Source of the DNA: Takakia lepidozioides
Lineage: Eukaryota; Plantae; Bryophyta
DNA length: 64,000 nucleotides
Direction: 5' to 3'
NCBI GenBank assembly: GCA_030704615.1
Contig: CM060731.1
Span: forward strand, 92,876,001-92,940,000
Of this stretch, positions 11,090-23,259 are shown one piece after another. The notes beneath the pieces are model-generated. The model searched no databases, was not told the DNA's origin, and saw nothing but the letters and a program-made list of their open reading frames with translations. Position 1 is the stretch's first letter; the number at the start of each line of letters is the position of its first letter. Position numbers and translations under genes: made by a program.

Positions 11090-13075
11090 CTATTGCTGCC
11101 GCCGCCCCCACCTTAGGGGCAACCCCTCTACGTCCCGGACCCCTGCCCTCAAGACAAAGGGCCGTGACACGGGATCAGCTATGGCCATGTACTTTACCAT
11201 CCGCGACTTGTACTTTATGCGGGCCTTCGCCTTCGCAGCTTTGAGATACGATTCCAGTGCTGGGAGGGTTAGTTTCTTCTCCTCTGACTCCATGTAGAAC
11301 CTCCGCACATGTGCCAAATCCTACTGAATTTTTGTTTGTCAAGAATGCGCACATAAGATTAGAAATCCTGGTCAACACTTTTCTTCTATTGGGGGAGGAG
11401 AGACAAATAAGCTGAACAAAACAGTCAGGAGCTTTACCCGAAATATGTAGTCCACCATGGCGTCCATGCTCAGCCTATACCAGGTTCTGTCTGCCTTTGC
11501 CTCCGACTTGCGCAGGAGGTCGGCACTGAGCGAATTGGCAAACTCTTGCACCCCCTGCTTCCCGACATCCTTCACTCGGAAGAGCATATGGGACAAGTTG
11601 GTGGCAATGAAGGCATTCTCAGTCATCCTGCAATGCCACATTTCCATTAAACAATACTGAAATGAGAATTTGCAACAAATATGACGATTGGCAATGAAAT
11701 GACTGTTTCAAATTCAAAGTTCCAAAGCAAGAGGCATTGTAACTTACGAGTTGATGTCTGCCATTGCAGCTTTGAGAAGACTGCGATCTTTGGGCCCCGC
11801 AACCTTCAGCACAACACACTCCACGGCAAAATGCCAATCCAGGTCGTTGGGGTGGGCTTGGGCTATGTACTCCATCCATGCCAGGAGGCGATGATTGCCG
11901 TCCCACACGTAAAACATCTTTCCGGACAAGTGCTGGAAAAGAGGATCAGTAGCAATCAATCTCTCGAACTCCTCATTTCGCCTTTGCCAATGGGGACCCC
12001 ATTTGTCCACCTCATCGGAAGTGTGGGCACGAGAAGCTCCGTGGTCGTTCTCCATGGAAATGTAAAACGCGGCAGACCCCATTCGATATCCCTCCCGGAA
12101 ATAGAATTTTAGCTTGTCGATATCGCCTGGGAGGGCAGGTCTCACCCCCTAGTGCCTCCAACATCTTGGCAACGGCCATCTTCATATCCGCCTCCGACAT
12201 GACGTCTGTTGCAGCCCACCAGGACCGCCAAATCCAGCCTGTATGCTCCGGGTTTGGGGCCTGGGGATGTCCGGGAGGATGTCATCCTGGTCAGAAAGCT
12301 CCCTCTCGTCGGCCTCAACATGGTCAACCACCGGCGGAAGCACCTCGAGCACTCTCCCTGTCTCTACTGCCCTCTCGCCGGCTTCACCTCGAACTCCCAC
12401 AATCCGTGCTCTTTGTGGAGTTCTTTCCCCTCCTCCACTCTCCACCGTATGTGTAATTGCGGGGGCTACTCCCACCCGCGATGGTGTAACCGGTAAGGAT
12501 GTAGCCGGTGTGTTACTGCCTATTTCTGGTGTCTTAGAGGGATCCACCGTCTCTGTGCGTCCCTCGCTTACATGGGCATCTGTCATTTTGACACCCCTGG
12601 CCTCTTCAGTGGCCTTTTCTCTTGCCTCTTGGCTAGCCTTCTGTCTAGCCTGTTCCTTTGCCCTCTCTTTTGCCCTCTCACGGGCCTTCTGTTTCTTACT
12701 AGGGGTAGCAGCAGGAGAGGCCTCTAGGACGACCACCTTTGATTGAGGCCAACTGACACCCTCGCGCGCCCTGCTCACTCCCCCCTCCGCAGCCTGTGAC
12801 GGCTCTCTCGCCGGGGATTGCATGTGCTTGGCTTTCTTCTTCTTCTTTGCATGGGCGGGCCCTACTGCATGTGCATCAGCTTCCTCCATTGCCGGATCTG
12901 TTGTCCCCATCTGACGCCCTTCACCTACCATGCCGCCTGCACCAACCTCCCGAATGCCTATTTTGTCGTACTCTCGCTGCAGGTCCTCCCGTCCACCAAC
13001 AAAAGGAGCAGGATTTAGTTTGCCCTCCCGCCCCAAGTTGGGCGATCCAAACATGCAAAGTACCAGCTCCGACAT
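11090..13075 (-). pseudogene. ParB/Sulfiredoxin-like 'DGNHR' protein gene, copy 1 (spliced, frameshifted)
   Basis: VRPALPGDIDKLK..GY..GSAAFYISM..W..HW..FYVWDGNHRLLAW; low-complexity Lys/Glu/Ala N-terminus; GT donor after DINS; homologue at 40250-40665. Confidence 0.65.
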
Positions 13076-13407
13076 CTACTGCCGACGACTCTCCGACTGC
13101 GATTGATGACTAGCGGCTTTTGGAGTGACTACTCGAGTAGTTGGAGCTGTCGATGATACCACCAGCGTGTCGCGCTCGTCGTCACTCTGTCATCCCCAAC
13201 AATCGTGAGAACCACCATCGCAATGAAAACCACCATCGCAACCACCATCGCAACAATCGTGGAACAACAATGAAAACAAAACAAAACCAAGTATGGAGTG
13301 GCATGGAACAACAATGAAAATAAACCCAACCAATGCCTAACAATCATATGCAGAAGCAGCCTTCTCTAGAGCTGCCGGCTTTGCACACGCATTGCAAACT
13401 ATCAAAG

Positions 13408-13765
13408 GTTCACTCAACTAGTAACTTGCAGAAATCAACATGAAAATTTAAGGACGATTTCGATAAGGCGGGAAAATAGGGTGAAATGTTTTGAAGGCAC
13501 TTCATCTGCCCTGACAATCTTCTCAGCTCAGCATGGATTTCCTTAATTCTAGGATGCAACCTGTCATCTACAGCGAAGGTGTGCACCCTGTTGCAAATCT
13601 CAATGCAGCAACGACCTGGCTCCTTTCTAACCCCTCTGACCTTCATCATTCTTCTCACCAACTCCTGCATTTGCAATGCAACCATGCACTTCCAGGGCTG
13701 CCAGGCTGAAGATGCCAAAACAAACAAAACAAAGCAAAGAAGACCGTACATGTTACACAAAGCGA
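13408..13765 (-). pseudogene. PPR-protein E/E+ domain fragment (longer copy)
   Basis: MMKVRGVRKEPGRCCIEICNRVHTFAVDDRLHPRIKEIHAELRRLSGQMK matches the PLS-class PPR E/E+ consensus. Confidence 0.85.
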
Positions 13766-14004
13766 GCGAGCCGGAAAGCGACCAAGGAGTGGGGAGCTAT
13801 TCCGGACTGACATCTACCAAAGGGAATTTCCACTAGGCCCAAATTGGTGGAGGGTCTGTTGGGGGAAAAAGAGGGACCGTTATGTCCCGGTGAACAGCCG
13901 AAGCTTCGAGTTGGCCCGGCGGCTAGGTTGGGAGTTAGGCGCGCGCATCAAAGCGAGTAACTATGACTTGAAGGGGAGCTTACTGAAGTGAGGTGCGCGA
14001 TATT

Positions 14005-14016
14005 TGGTATCAGAGC
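14005..14016 (+). promoter_or_regulatory. Primer-binding site for initiator tRNA-Met
   Basis: TGGTATCAGAGC directly after the LTR end. Confidence 0.9.
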
Positions 14017-14057
14017 TTAGTGTTCAGTACGCAATCGTCCTTGGGATTGGCCTCATC

Positions 14058-15206
14058 ATGGGGTCGGGCAAGCCAAAGCGAAAGCGGAATGGCCCGAAAG
14101 ATGATGATCATGGTGAGCCCGATGGGGGCGACGTGTCACCAAAGCGGCCATTTGAGGAAGCGATGCATGTTTTTGAAAATGAGGCCTCTCAAGAACGGGA
14201 GGAATCTGAGGAGTCGAAGCCCGAGGAATCCCTGAGAGCTCTGACAGACCAACAGATGCCTCCCATGCCAGCAGCCTTTTGGGAAGGGTTGTTGGCGCAG
14301 TTTGGTGGGACGTTGAAAGACGTATTGAAGGCGGCTAATGCCACTTCCACTAAGGCAAAGTTTAAGGTGAAGCCTAAGGAACCCGGCACCTTCGAGGGCG
14401 TCCAAAATCAGAAGGCCCTCAACACCTGGCTCTTGAAGCTAGAGCAGTACTTCCGGGCGGCCAAGTTGAGTGACGAGGATCGGGTGGAAGTGGCTCCCAC
14501 CTATTTGAGGGGCTATGCTCAACAATGGTGGCAGAAACGCCTTCATGACCGAGGTCCAAACCCGGAAACCTTGAACAAGGAACTAATGAAGAGACAGTTT
14601 GTGCCCCTCAACGCGTCCTGGCTCGCCCGGGACAAGATGAGGAATCTGAAGCAAACGGATGACATTCGGGGATATGTTCAGGCTTTCAATGTGATGTTGC
14701 TCGAAGTCGCGGACATGGCAGAACCAGAAATGGTCTGCAACTTTGTGGCGGGACTGACCCCATGGGCCAGACGGAAGTTGGAGGAGAAGCCACCTAAGAC
14801 TTTGAACGAGGCAATTGAGAGGGCTGAATGTTTCTCGGATGTCCCTAGGGGCAAAAGACAAGGCCATACGGAGCTGAACCACAAGAAGACCAGGCGGGAG
14901 GGTGACTCCTTTCGACCGGAAAAGAAGTGGGATAGGCCACGCGGCGACAATGGCACGTGGAAATCGAAGGGAGGGCCTTCACACGCCAAGACGACACCCG
15001 GTGCTCCGAAAGGAAAATCATGTGCGACGCCTTATGGCGGACAAAAGGCGACCTTTGATGCAGTGTGCTTCAATTGTGGGGAGCCCGGGCACATGGCCAA
15101 AAAGTGTACAAATCCCCGACAATTGAACATGACTCGGGCAACCACGGAGTTGTCTGAAGCTTCCATCAGCCGCTTGGTGGAGGCGGTGCCAAGACTTGCA
15201 AGGTAG
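14058..15206 (+). CDS. gag: Gag (retrotransposon gag domain and CCHC zinc knuckle)
   Basis: YLRGYAQQWW, LKQTDDIRGY, CFNCGEPGHMAKKC. Confidence 0.9.
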   Translation: MGSGKPKRKRNGPKDDDHGEPDGGDVSPKRPFEEAMHVFENEASQEREESEESKPEESLRALTDQQMPPMPAAFWEGLLAQFGGTLKDVLKAANATSTKAKFKVKPKEPGTFEGVQNQKALNTWLLKLEQYFRAAKLSDEDRVEVAPTYLRGYAQQWWQKRLHDRGPNPETLNKELMKRQFVPLNASWLARDKMRNLKQTDDIRGYVQAFNVMLLEVADMAEPEMVCNFVAGLTPWARRKLEEKPPKTLNEAIERAECFSDVPRGKRQGHTELNHKKTRREGDSFRPEKKWDRPRGDNGTWKSKGGPSHAKTTPGAPKGKSCATPYGGQKATFDAVCFNCGEPGHMAKKCTNPRQLNMTRATTELSEASISRLVEAVPRLAR

Positions 15207-15223
15207 GCAACTACTCTTGTGAG

Positions 15224-16898
15224 TTGTATCAGGAAACTGGCGCCTTGCATAAAGGGAGTCAGTTAATGTTTGTGAGTGAGATAATCTCCGGAACTAACGT
15301 GTCGTTGTTGGTGGACACAGGAGCGTCGCACTCCTTCATGACACCGGCAACGGCACGGAAGCTGGGACTCCCGACAAGTGATGTGGGGGCCTCTATTGAG
15401 GTGCGTTCTGCTAAAGGAGAACCACAATTGGCGACGAGGTTGGCGTTCGATGTTCCTCTTCAGCTCGGGAGTTGGGAGGGACGTGAGAACTTCACCATTT
15501 GCGAGATCGATGGAGTGGATCTCATTTTGGGGATGACCTTTTTGAGTAGATCCGGAGCGGTCATAGATGGCCGCAAGAGAGTAGTCACGCTACCATGTGG
15601 GAATGGTGGCGAAGTTTTACGAGTGTAGGAAACGCCCAACCCCATGGGAGGGCAAATAAACCTTCTGTCAGCAAGGGAGTGGGCCGTGGAGGAGTCACAC
15701 GAGCCCCAGTTTTTGCTTTATGTAAGACAAGTGAAGGGAGAAGGCGATGGGGAGCCGAGCCCAAATTGGATCAAGGGGATTTTGGAGAAATACCAGGATG
15801 TGATGCCTGAGGATTTACCAAACGGTTTGCCACCACAAAGGGGAGTTCACCACAAGATTGAGGTGATACCGGGATCGGAGCCACCTGCCAAGGCGCCCTA
15901 CCAGTTGAGCCACAGAGAGTTGGTCGAGCTGAAGACTCAGCTCAAAGATCTAATGTCAAAGGGGTACATCCGGCCGAGTAAGTCACTTTATGGAGCCCCG
16001 GTGCTATTCGCAGACAAGAAGGATGGGACGCTGCGGATGTGTGTCGACTATATGGCTCTGAATAAGGTGACTATCAAGAACCGGTACCCTTTGCCAAGAA
16101 TCGATGACCTCTTCGATCGGTTGGCAGGAGCGAAGTATTTCAGCCGGATCGATTTGCGCTCCGGCTACCATCAAATCCGAGTGGCGGAAGGAGATGAGGA
16201 GAAAACCGCGTGCAGGACAAGATATGGTTCGTATGAGTTCTTGGTGATGCCTTTTGGACTCACCAACGCACCCGCGACCTTTAGCACGCTCATGAACAGC
16301 CTTTTCCATGAGTGGCTAGATGATTTTGTGATCGTGTACATCGACGACATCTTGGTATACTCGAAAACAAAGGAGGAGCACCTGGAGCACCTCAAAAGGG
16401 TGTTCTAGAAATTGCGGGAAGAGAAGCTATATGCCAAAGCTTCAAAGTGCGAATTTGGGGTCACAAAAGTGGAGTTCCTGGGGCATGTGATTACACAGGA
16501 TGGGATCAAAATGGATAACAGAAAGGTGAGGGCGATCTTGGATTGGGAGCCCCTGGGAGTGCGATCCTTCTTAGGACTCGCCTCCTATTACCGGAAGTAT
16601 GTGAGAAATTTCGCCAAGATCGCGGGGCCGCTGTCAAACCTTCTGTGTAAATCCAAAGTCTGGGTATGGAACACCTTTTGTGGTCAAGCTTTTGCCGAGT
16701 TGAAGAAGCGGATGGCGGAAGCTCTAGTCCTCAAAATCCCGGAGTTCGACCGTCCATTTGAGATTCATACGGATGCGTCGGACTTCGCTATAGGGGGTGT
16801 AATCATGCAAGATGGACGTCTAGTGGCTTACAAAAGTAAGAAACTGAATGAAGTAGAGCGACGGTGACCTACGCATGAGAAGGAAATGAAGGTGGTGG
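15224..16898 (+). pseudogene. pol: Pol (protease-RT-RNase H) with in-frame stops
   Basis: LVDTGASH; [25 protein letters not shown]; [11 protein letters not shown]. Confidence 0.92.
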
Positions 16899-17874
16899 CA
16901 CTAGTACAGAAACTGGTTTTTTTAACGGCTCTTCTTACACATTTTGGTGTGAAAAAAGCGCAAGTTCACACCCCCCCTTGGTGTTAGGTTAACCTAGTCC
17001 TTTGCACCACATGTGAACTTTCTTGGTCCTGTGAAAAAAACCATCTCACACCAAACTTGCACCTGATGTGGCTGATGTGGCAGTAGGCTTAGGTGGCTCT
17101 TTTGACGGATATTTTGACGGTCGTTTTGACTGGTTAGTTCAACTACTATTTTGACTAAGTAATCTTAATGGTCTTTCTACGGTACTTATTACACCTCGGC
17201 GCCACCATGTTTGCCACATGTATGTCAAAGGGAATGCCACGTAATAGAGTCCATCAGAATTATTAAATAAATAATAGATATTAAGGGCTCTTCTTACGGA
17301 CTCTCTCACACAGATTTAACACCAGGTTCAAGTCGTGGTGTGATCGCAATGACACTAGTGTGAATACTGTCACATCCACTGTTTTGTTCCTATTGGATGA
17401 AAAGTAAACAATTATTATTTGTTGACAAATGCCAAAATGAATAGTCATATTATTATTATTATTATTCTTATAATAAATGGGATAGCACCCCAAAAGCCAT
17501 TGGCTGCTTGATTTAATATGTAATATATTATTGTTTTAGAATTTTGATTTGTTTTGTTTCATTTAAACAAAAGCTTATTTAAAACATGGATAATAATTGT
17601 ATTATGAACCACATTGACCAGTAGTAATGTTATTAATATTAAATATAGCAAACAACCAGCAAAATACCACATTCATGTCTACACAAGTTTAATTTGGCTT
17701 GATGTGGGAAAATGAAGTTGCCTTTGAACAAGGGGATCTTGTGATCATACATGAGAATAGCAAGAGCATCAATTCAAAAAATACTGTTCATGTCAGAAGA
17801 GCAGTTTTGTTCACCTGTCTCAGCAACCTTCAATCCATAAAGAAAACTAAACTAAACTTGTAGCATCTTCAATA

Positions 17875-18127
17875 TCACGCGTGTTTAATAAACTTTTCAG
17901 ACCATAAGGTGGCACTTCCCTGCGTGTCACCCAATGTGGTATGATTAGGGGTAACAGAGTAGTCCGGGTACGGCAACACAACCTCTGAAATCATGACCGA
18001 TTTCACATGGATACGGTAATAGTTGTCTGGCACATTTGCTTTCGGAAATCCAGCAATATATCCCACACCTGCCCTTCTTTTTGGTGCACAAGGATCAAAC
18101 AATAACACCTTGTCGCCGATCTGAAAC
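17875..18127 (-). CDS. TnpA-like C-terminal exon
   Basis: FQIGDKVLL...VLPYPD...TLGDTQGSATLWSEKFI; AG acceptor; homologous to 8326-8604. Confidence 0.65.
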
Positions 18128-18719
18128 TGCAACAAAAACCAGATTCCTATATCAGAAATGAACCCTGGAGAACAGAGACTGACAGCTTGGCACTCCTGCA
18201 AAATGCATCCTCGTTCTTCCAGCAAACACCCCAACCCTACCTATTGCAGTACTTCCAATTCTGAATTGCATTTGCCTGTCTCTATACTCCATGCTGACAT
18301 GATCAAAGGTGGAACGGTGCCATACCTAGTTGATAGCAGGTTCTGCATGGTCAACATGGATGTGGTAGGACGATGTCACAAAACTACCTTTGTAGGTTGT
18401 CAATCCTGCAGCTACACAGCGATACATAGGGGGTGTATTGATCCAGCATCAGACAAGAAAACAAAGAGGACAAAGGAAGTACTTACACTGTGCGGATTTT
18501 GTTGGTCACCCCATGGTTCAGTTACATCCACTGTGGTTGTAGTCTGATTGATAGCACATATTGTGCTTTCCCTGCCCATTGAACGCTTCACTGGTTTCAC
18601 CATCTGCATATTGAATGACACATGATCAAAAAATGAGAATAGCACGAATGACACACATTGTGAAGTAGCATTAACAATACAAATCCACCCACGCGCCCAA
18701 GCATTGAATCTTTTGCTCT

Positions 18720-20003
18720 CACCTTTCTTTGATTATGCTTTGTTGTTGCATCGGGAGGCAAAGTCGTTGGAACTCTGGCAGCAGGAAGCCCTGGTTCAGA
18801 TGCCTTTGCAGATTGTTGTGATCCACTACCCATGGCTGCAGTATTGAACAAGTAGTTGGGCTGCCCATATCTGTATGGGTGCCCTGACACATACTCAGGG
18901 ATGTGTGCAGCCTTGGATACACCCTCTAACCAAGGCAGTAATTCTTTCATAAGCCTCTTGCAGTTTGGCTGATCCCTCAACTTCCATGGATACGGGAAGA
19001 TGCAATTATTTGCAGGGTTGGGTAAGCAAGTGAGTGTGGAATCGTCCACCAGCAAAGTATTGGTTGGATTGTAATGGCTGTAGTCCTTCCAAAACTTACA
19101 TAAGTTCTTGTACATGACAGTTTTAGAAGGATTGAGAGGGTCCACCATTCCCACAGGTTGGTCACAATAGTCTTGGTGAAGCACCATCTTTGGTTGCTTC
19201 CCAGGAAACAATGCTTTCACAACTGGAAGGACATTACTCAATGACATGGAAGACCATACACCTACATCAAAAATCTGAAGGCATCGGTCCAGAAACTCCT
19301 GACACCCAGGTCTGGAGGTGACAGTGGGCTCTAGGTGTTCCCTTGTTCGTAGTCTGCTCTCACATAACAATCCATTCAAGTCAATTATAAGGATGTGTTT
19401 CTGCCTCTCAGTTGCCGAAGGGCAATTACCAACAACTTGTACATGATTATCATGTACAAAAGACACACCTTTCTGTGGGGCACTCTGCAAATTCATGGAG
19501 ACCTCACAGGCATATTGAGAGGGTAGTACATATGCCGGAAGTGCTACTGGTGTAGGGGACAACAAAATGGATGAACACTTTGCAGTTGCCTCAACAATAT
19601 GGGGGGATGGATTGAGTTCACCTTCAGACCAACCCTCCATGTCATCATCCCCCTCCATTTCTGAAAGCCCAAACAATGAGCCTATTGTGTTTGGCTTTGG
19701 TGGCGGTGAAGAAACTGCCTTGAACAGGTTGAGTGGTGAGCCCATAACATGAGAAATAGTCTCATTTGTTGTGTGTGGCGCAAAGGTGGTGCATGGTGGA
19801 CCTGTAGGTTCCGAATCTGGCACATTCATGCCAAGTTTAGCTGTGAGCGCAATGTTGAATGCAGCTGTTGCCTCCAGTTGGCCTTGGACTGCTTCCAAAG
19901 CTGCCTTGGAGCTGGCTTCCATCTGCACTTGTTTGTTTTCCATAGCATCGAGGCGAGCTGCTAGTGAACCAATTCCCTGCCCCATCACATAGAACACCTC
20001 CAA
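18720..20003 (-). CDS. Exon with FCP1/NIF (HAD-superfamily) phosphatase-like domain inside the CACTA TnpA-like gene
   Basis: ILIIDLNGLL, RPGCQEFL..C...FDVGVWSS, QDYC, YKNL.K.W, NTLLVDDS. Confidence 0.8.
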
Positions 20004-20503
20004 AGTAACAATTCACTACACTGACTGATGAACTAGTAAGAAAACAGAACCAAACAGCAACTAGCAATGGCATGGAAATCACGAATATGTAATTCACACC
20101 AGAATTGGTACTGAGTTTATATACCGTTGTGGCTGCACTGCCTGTACACCCCGAGCCGTAGCCTTTGTCACTCCTGGCGCTACCGGCGATCTCCTGCAAA
20201 CTTGGTGTACGTCCAGTCTCCTTGTCCTGTGATTGCAACAAACTTGCAAGTGTTAATGACTAGCACACTGCCAACAGTAAAGAATTATCTAGGATAGCGT
20301 CAATGACTCCCCCTCAATAAGAGTGCTTAGTTTCTTGCTGGCGCCCAACTCTGAGAAGGCCCCCAAGTAGTAGCAATGTGTACTAATTCAATGGTGATAG
20401 GAATAGACTCTGAGCTCCAGCCAAAAAAACCCAACACATAAAGTTTGTCAATGCAAAACAATGTGGGAACTTCCTATGTTGTAAGAGAAGTATACCAGTT
20501 GTG

Positions 20504-21808
20504 CTACAACACCGCTGATTCCACTGCGACCTTCACACATCCCCGCGCCTTGACACCATTTGCCTGAAATTTCTTGAAATCAGTGGAACCCCAACTAACA
20601 ACTAGTTGTGCCCATGTCTTGTCTGGCACATGATGGGGTTTGGGCAGCCCCACACTATAGTAATTTTTGAACAGCTTATTTCGTTGGTACTTGAGCTGCC
20701 CGCAAATTGTTTTTGTAATAGCCTTTATGTTAAGACCAGGAGGTCCGTATTCCCAATCTGAAGCCAGGATCTCCATGATCTTTTCAATTAAGTGTAATGG
20801 TTGATCCTGAGCATACAATGACCAGTCCAACAAACGTTGACACTGCCCTCGCAGAGCTGTCATCCACTGGTTCCGAGCAGGACCTTCAGGGTTTCCAAGT
20901 TCATCACAAGAAATGAAAAATTTCCTCCTCCCTACAGCCACATTCTGAGCAGCCTGGTCTCTCAGATCTTTTGCAAGTGCCCTTCTTTCCCTCCTTAAAG
21001 CATTTTTGCGTTCTATAGGAGTCACACCTGATGTCCCCCCAGGACTAAGGCTGGAATCCTGCAAGGTTTCAGCAGTACCATGCATGTTACCACCTTCACT
21101 CTGTTGGGGCTGGACTGCTGTCTCCCACCCCACAGGATGATGCGGAGCAAATGCATCCTCGGTCTGTTTCAGAATGCCTTTCCCTTTCAGGGTATTAGGT
21201 GTACCTGGAGATGTTGGATAAAGAGGTGGCCGCGGTGCAGTGAAGCTCGAAGGTGCCGGCAATTGTACTCCACTGTAGTTGGATCTTGAAGGTTGGTGGC
21301 CACCATACTGGACCTGCCCCTGGTGTGGTCTTGCAGGGCTGGTAGGATAGAGGGAGGAAGTAGGTTGGTTGTACATAGGCCGAGGAGGATACATACTATG
21401 GGGATGCATTCCATAATGGTGGTAAATGGAATACCCACCTTGACTAGGATCATGCATTGGAGCGCCTGCAGGTGGAGCAAAAGAATTGTAATTCTGGCAC
21501 TGAGAATCATTGTTTGGAGGTTGATAGTGAGGATACGGCATGTGCCCATGCAGATTATACCCTGACATGGCAGGATACTGTGGGTACATAAGCGGATACG
21601 AGGGAGGAGCCGATACTGGTGGATACAAGGGAGCTGGAACGTCAGTCTGTGGAGTGGGCGGGGCTGGTTTTTTGTAAGGGGAAACAACCGCGCCACTCAT
21701 CACAGCAGTTGGCGCAATAGTTGGTGCACACTTTGCTGGAGTAAGAGACTTATGCTTGTTCGCATCCTTCCCTGCAATTCCCTTCCTTTTTTTTACTGAA
21801 CTCTGCAC
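20504..21808 (-). CDS. CACTA TnpA/Ptta-like exon with Pro/Tyr-rich N-terminal region
   Basis: LKYQRNKLFKNY..KPHHVPDKTWAQLVVSWGSTDFKKFQANGVKAR, typical of En/Spm ORF2. Confidence 0.7.
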   Translation of the reverse strand: MQSSVKKRKGIAGKDANKHKSLTPAKCAPTIAPTAVMSGAVVSPYKKPAPPTPQTDVPAPLYPPVSAPPSYPLMYPQYPAMSGYNLHGHMPYPHYQPPNNDSQCQNYNSFAPPAGAPMHDPSQGGYSIYHHYGMHPHSMYPPRPMYNQPTSSLYPTSPARPHQGQVQYGGHQPSRSNYSGVQLPAPSSFTAPRPPLYPTSPGTPNTLKGKGILKQTEDAFAPHHPVGWETAVQPQQSEGGNMHGTAETLQDSSLSPGGTSGVTPIERKNALRRERRALAKDLRDQAAQNVAVGRRKFFISCDELGNPEGPARNQWMTALRGQCQRLLDWSLYAQDQPLHLIEKIMEILASDWEYGPPGLNIKAITKTICGQLKYQRNKLFKNYYSVGLPKPHHVPDKTWAQLVVSWGSTDFKKFQANGVKARGCVKVAVESAVL

Positions 21809-21959
21809 ACATTGCTCAACAGAAACATGTGAAACAATACGACCATACTACTAGGGATGGCAAACCACGTGGGTAAGCCAAGCCCAAAGGCCTATGCAAG
21901 AAGACCCTGTCAGTCAGACCTATGGTACAGTCAGCTGAATCGCATGCCTCATACCAGCG

Positions 21960-23215
21960 AACCTATGATAAATACCTGAATATTAGGAAGGAAGAACTCA
22001 CCCTGCTAGATGAATCTGACGTGGAGGCTGAAGTGTCTAAGGCCATGTCAAAAGCATGAAGAATGTCCGAACAAAACAATGTTAGGTATAAACTTCCCTG
22101 AACTCGTTTCCAGTTTGTGACATGGGTGAGGACTTTGAGGATGATCTGAAGGGCAGACCTACCCTTGGCACTAGACTGAAAATTTAACCTCCGGATGGGG
22201 AGTCTACCTTTGAACAATAAACAGATGCAGAGAGGAAAGGGAGATTGTCGATGCTCACTGGTGTGGGTGGCCTGAAGACAATGTCCATTTTGTGATACAA
22301 GTCTGGGGTATTCTCATCAGAGAGCGACCCTCTTCAGGACCATCAAGAACATAGTCCCTGCACCTCTGTTCACCAACTATCAATATCTCAAGGCTGAGTC
22401 TAAAGCGGTGGGCCCTGTTGGGGTCTCATTGCTTGGTAGCCCACATACAACAAAACTGATGAACGTGTGAAGGGCTTTCTAAAAGGAATCTGGAAAGCCT
22501 GAACTAATGTTTATAACACGGTAAGTCCTACTAATGGAGTGAGCCCCTCATTCTAATGGCAGACAGTTAATTAACTGTCTAGAAGATCTTCAGCTTTTCA
22601 CCTTGAATATCAGGACAAGAGGTGACCAAGTGCAGTGGACTCGTGAGAAATCCCAAACTGGGGAACGCTCCATTGTGGATTATATCATAATGGACAAAAA
22701 TTTGTTCCCCCAGTGTGCGAATGTGTTGATCGACAGAACTGATATTGCTACCTCTGACCAGTTCCTGGTTTGGAATGAGATCAAAAGGTGTTTTCCCAAC
22801 ACCAAGAGATATGTGAAACATTCGATTCGGAAGTGGCGCATAGAAAAACTTCATAATGAGGAGGTCAAGGTTGAGTATGTCCAGGCCTTGCAAGAGGCTC
22901 TCCCTCTCGATGCAATCGCTCCAAGAACTTCAGTCTCGCTCTGATAACGCAAGAAATGAAGTCGAAAGAGCATGGGACTCTTGGGAGAGTTTCGTTTCCT
23001 CCGTGGTTGACAAGATCATTGGGATGAAACTAATTGTCTGTGCTAGAGCTGTTAATTGGTGGACCAATGAGATTAAACTCAAGATAGCTGAGAGACGAGC
23101 CCTCTATAAAGAGTGCTGCAATTTGGAAACCAACAGAGAATTGTGGGCGAGGTACTACCAGCTCCGTAAAGATATCAATCAGCTTGTTAGGTCTCAGAAC
23201 CCTAAATTATACTGG
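21960..23215 (+). mobile_element. LINE fragments (ORF2 3' end followed by an endonuclease-linker piece)
   Basis: SIVDYII..TSDQFLVW, NWWTNEIK; 21960-22555 is similar to 46960-47478. Confidence 0.75.
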
Positions 23216-23259
23216 GACAAATTATATAGTGTTTGAAACTCGGAACTTTGGTGCAGATC

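Larger units (their letters stand above)
13766..16898 (+). mobile_element. Ty3/gypsy retrotransposon (tRNA-iMet primed), truncated in RNase H by a CACTA insertion
   Basis: LTR remnant to ~14002, PBS, gag, protease, RT, RNase H in gypsy order; no integrase remains. Confidence 0.92.

Noticed and set aside
9684-16899. The two CACTA termini as one element
   Set aside because: They face away from each other, differ after CACTA, and each lies at the 3' end of its own TnpA-like gene
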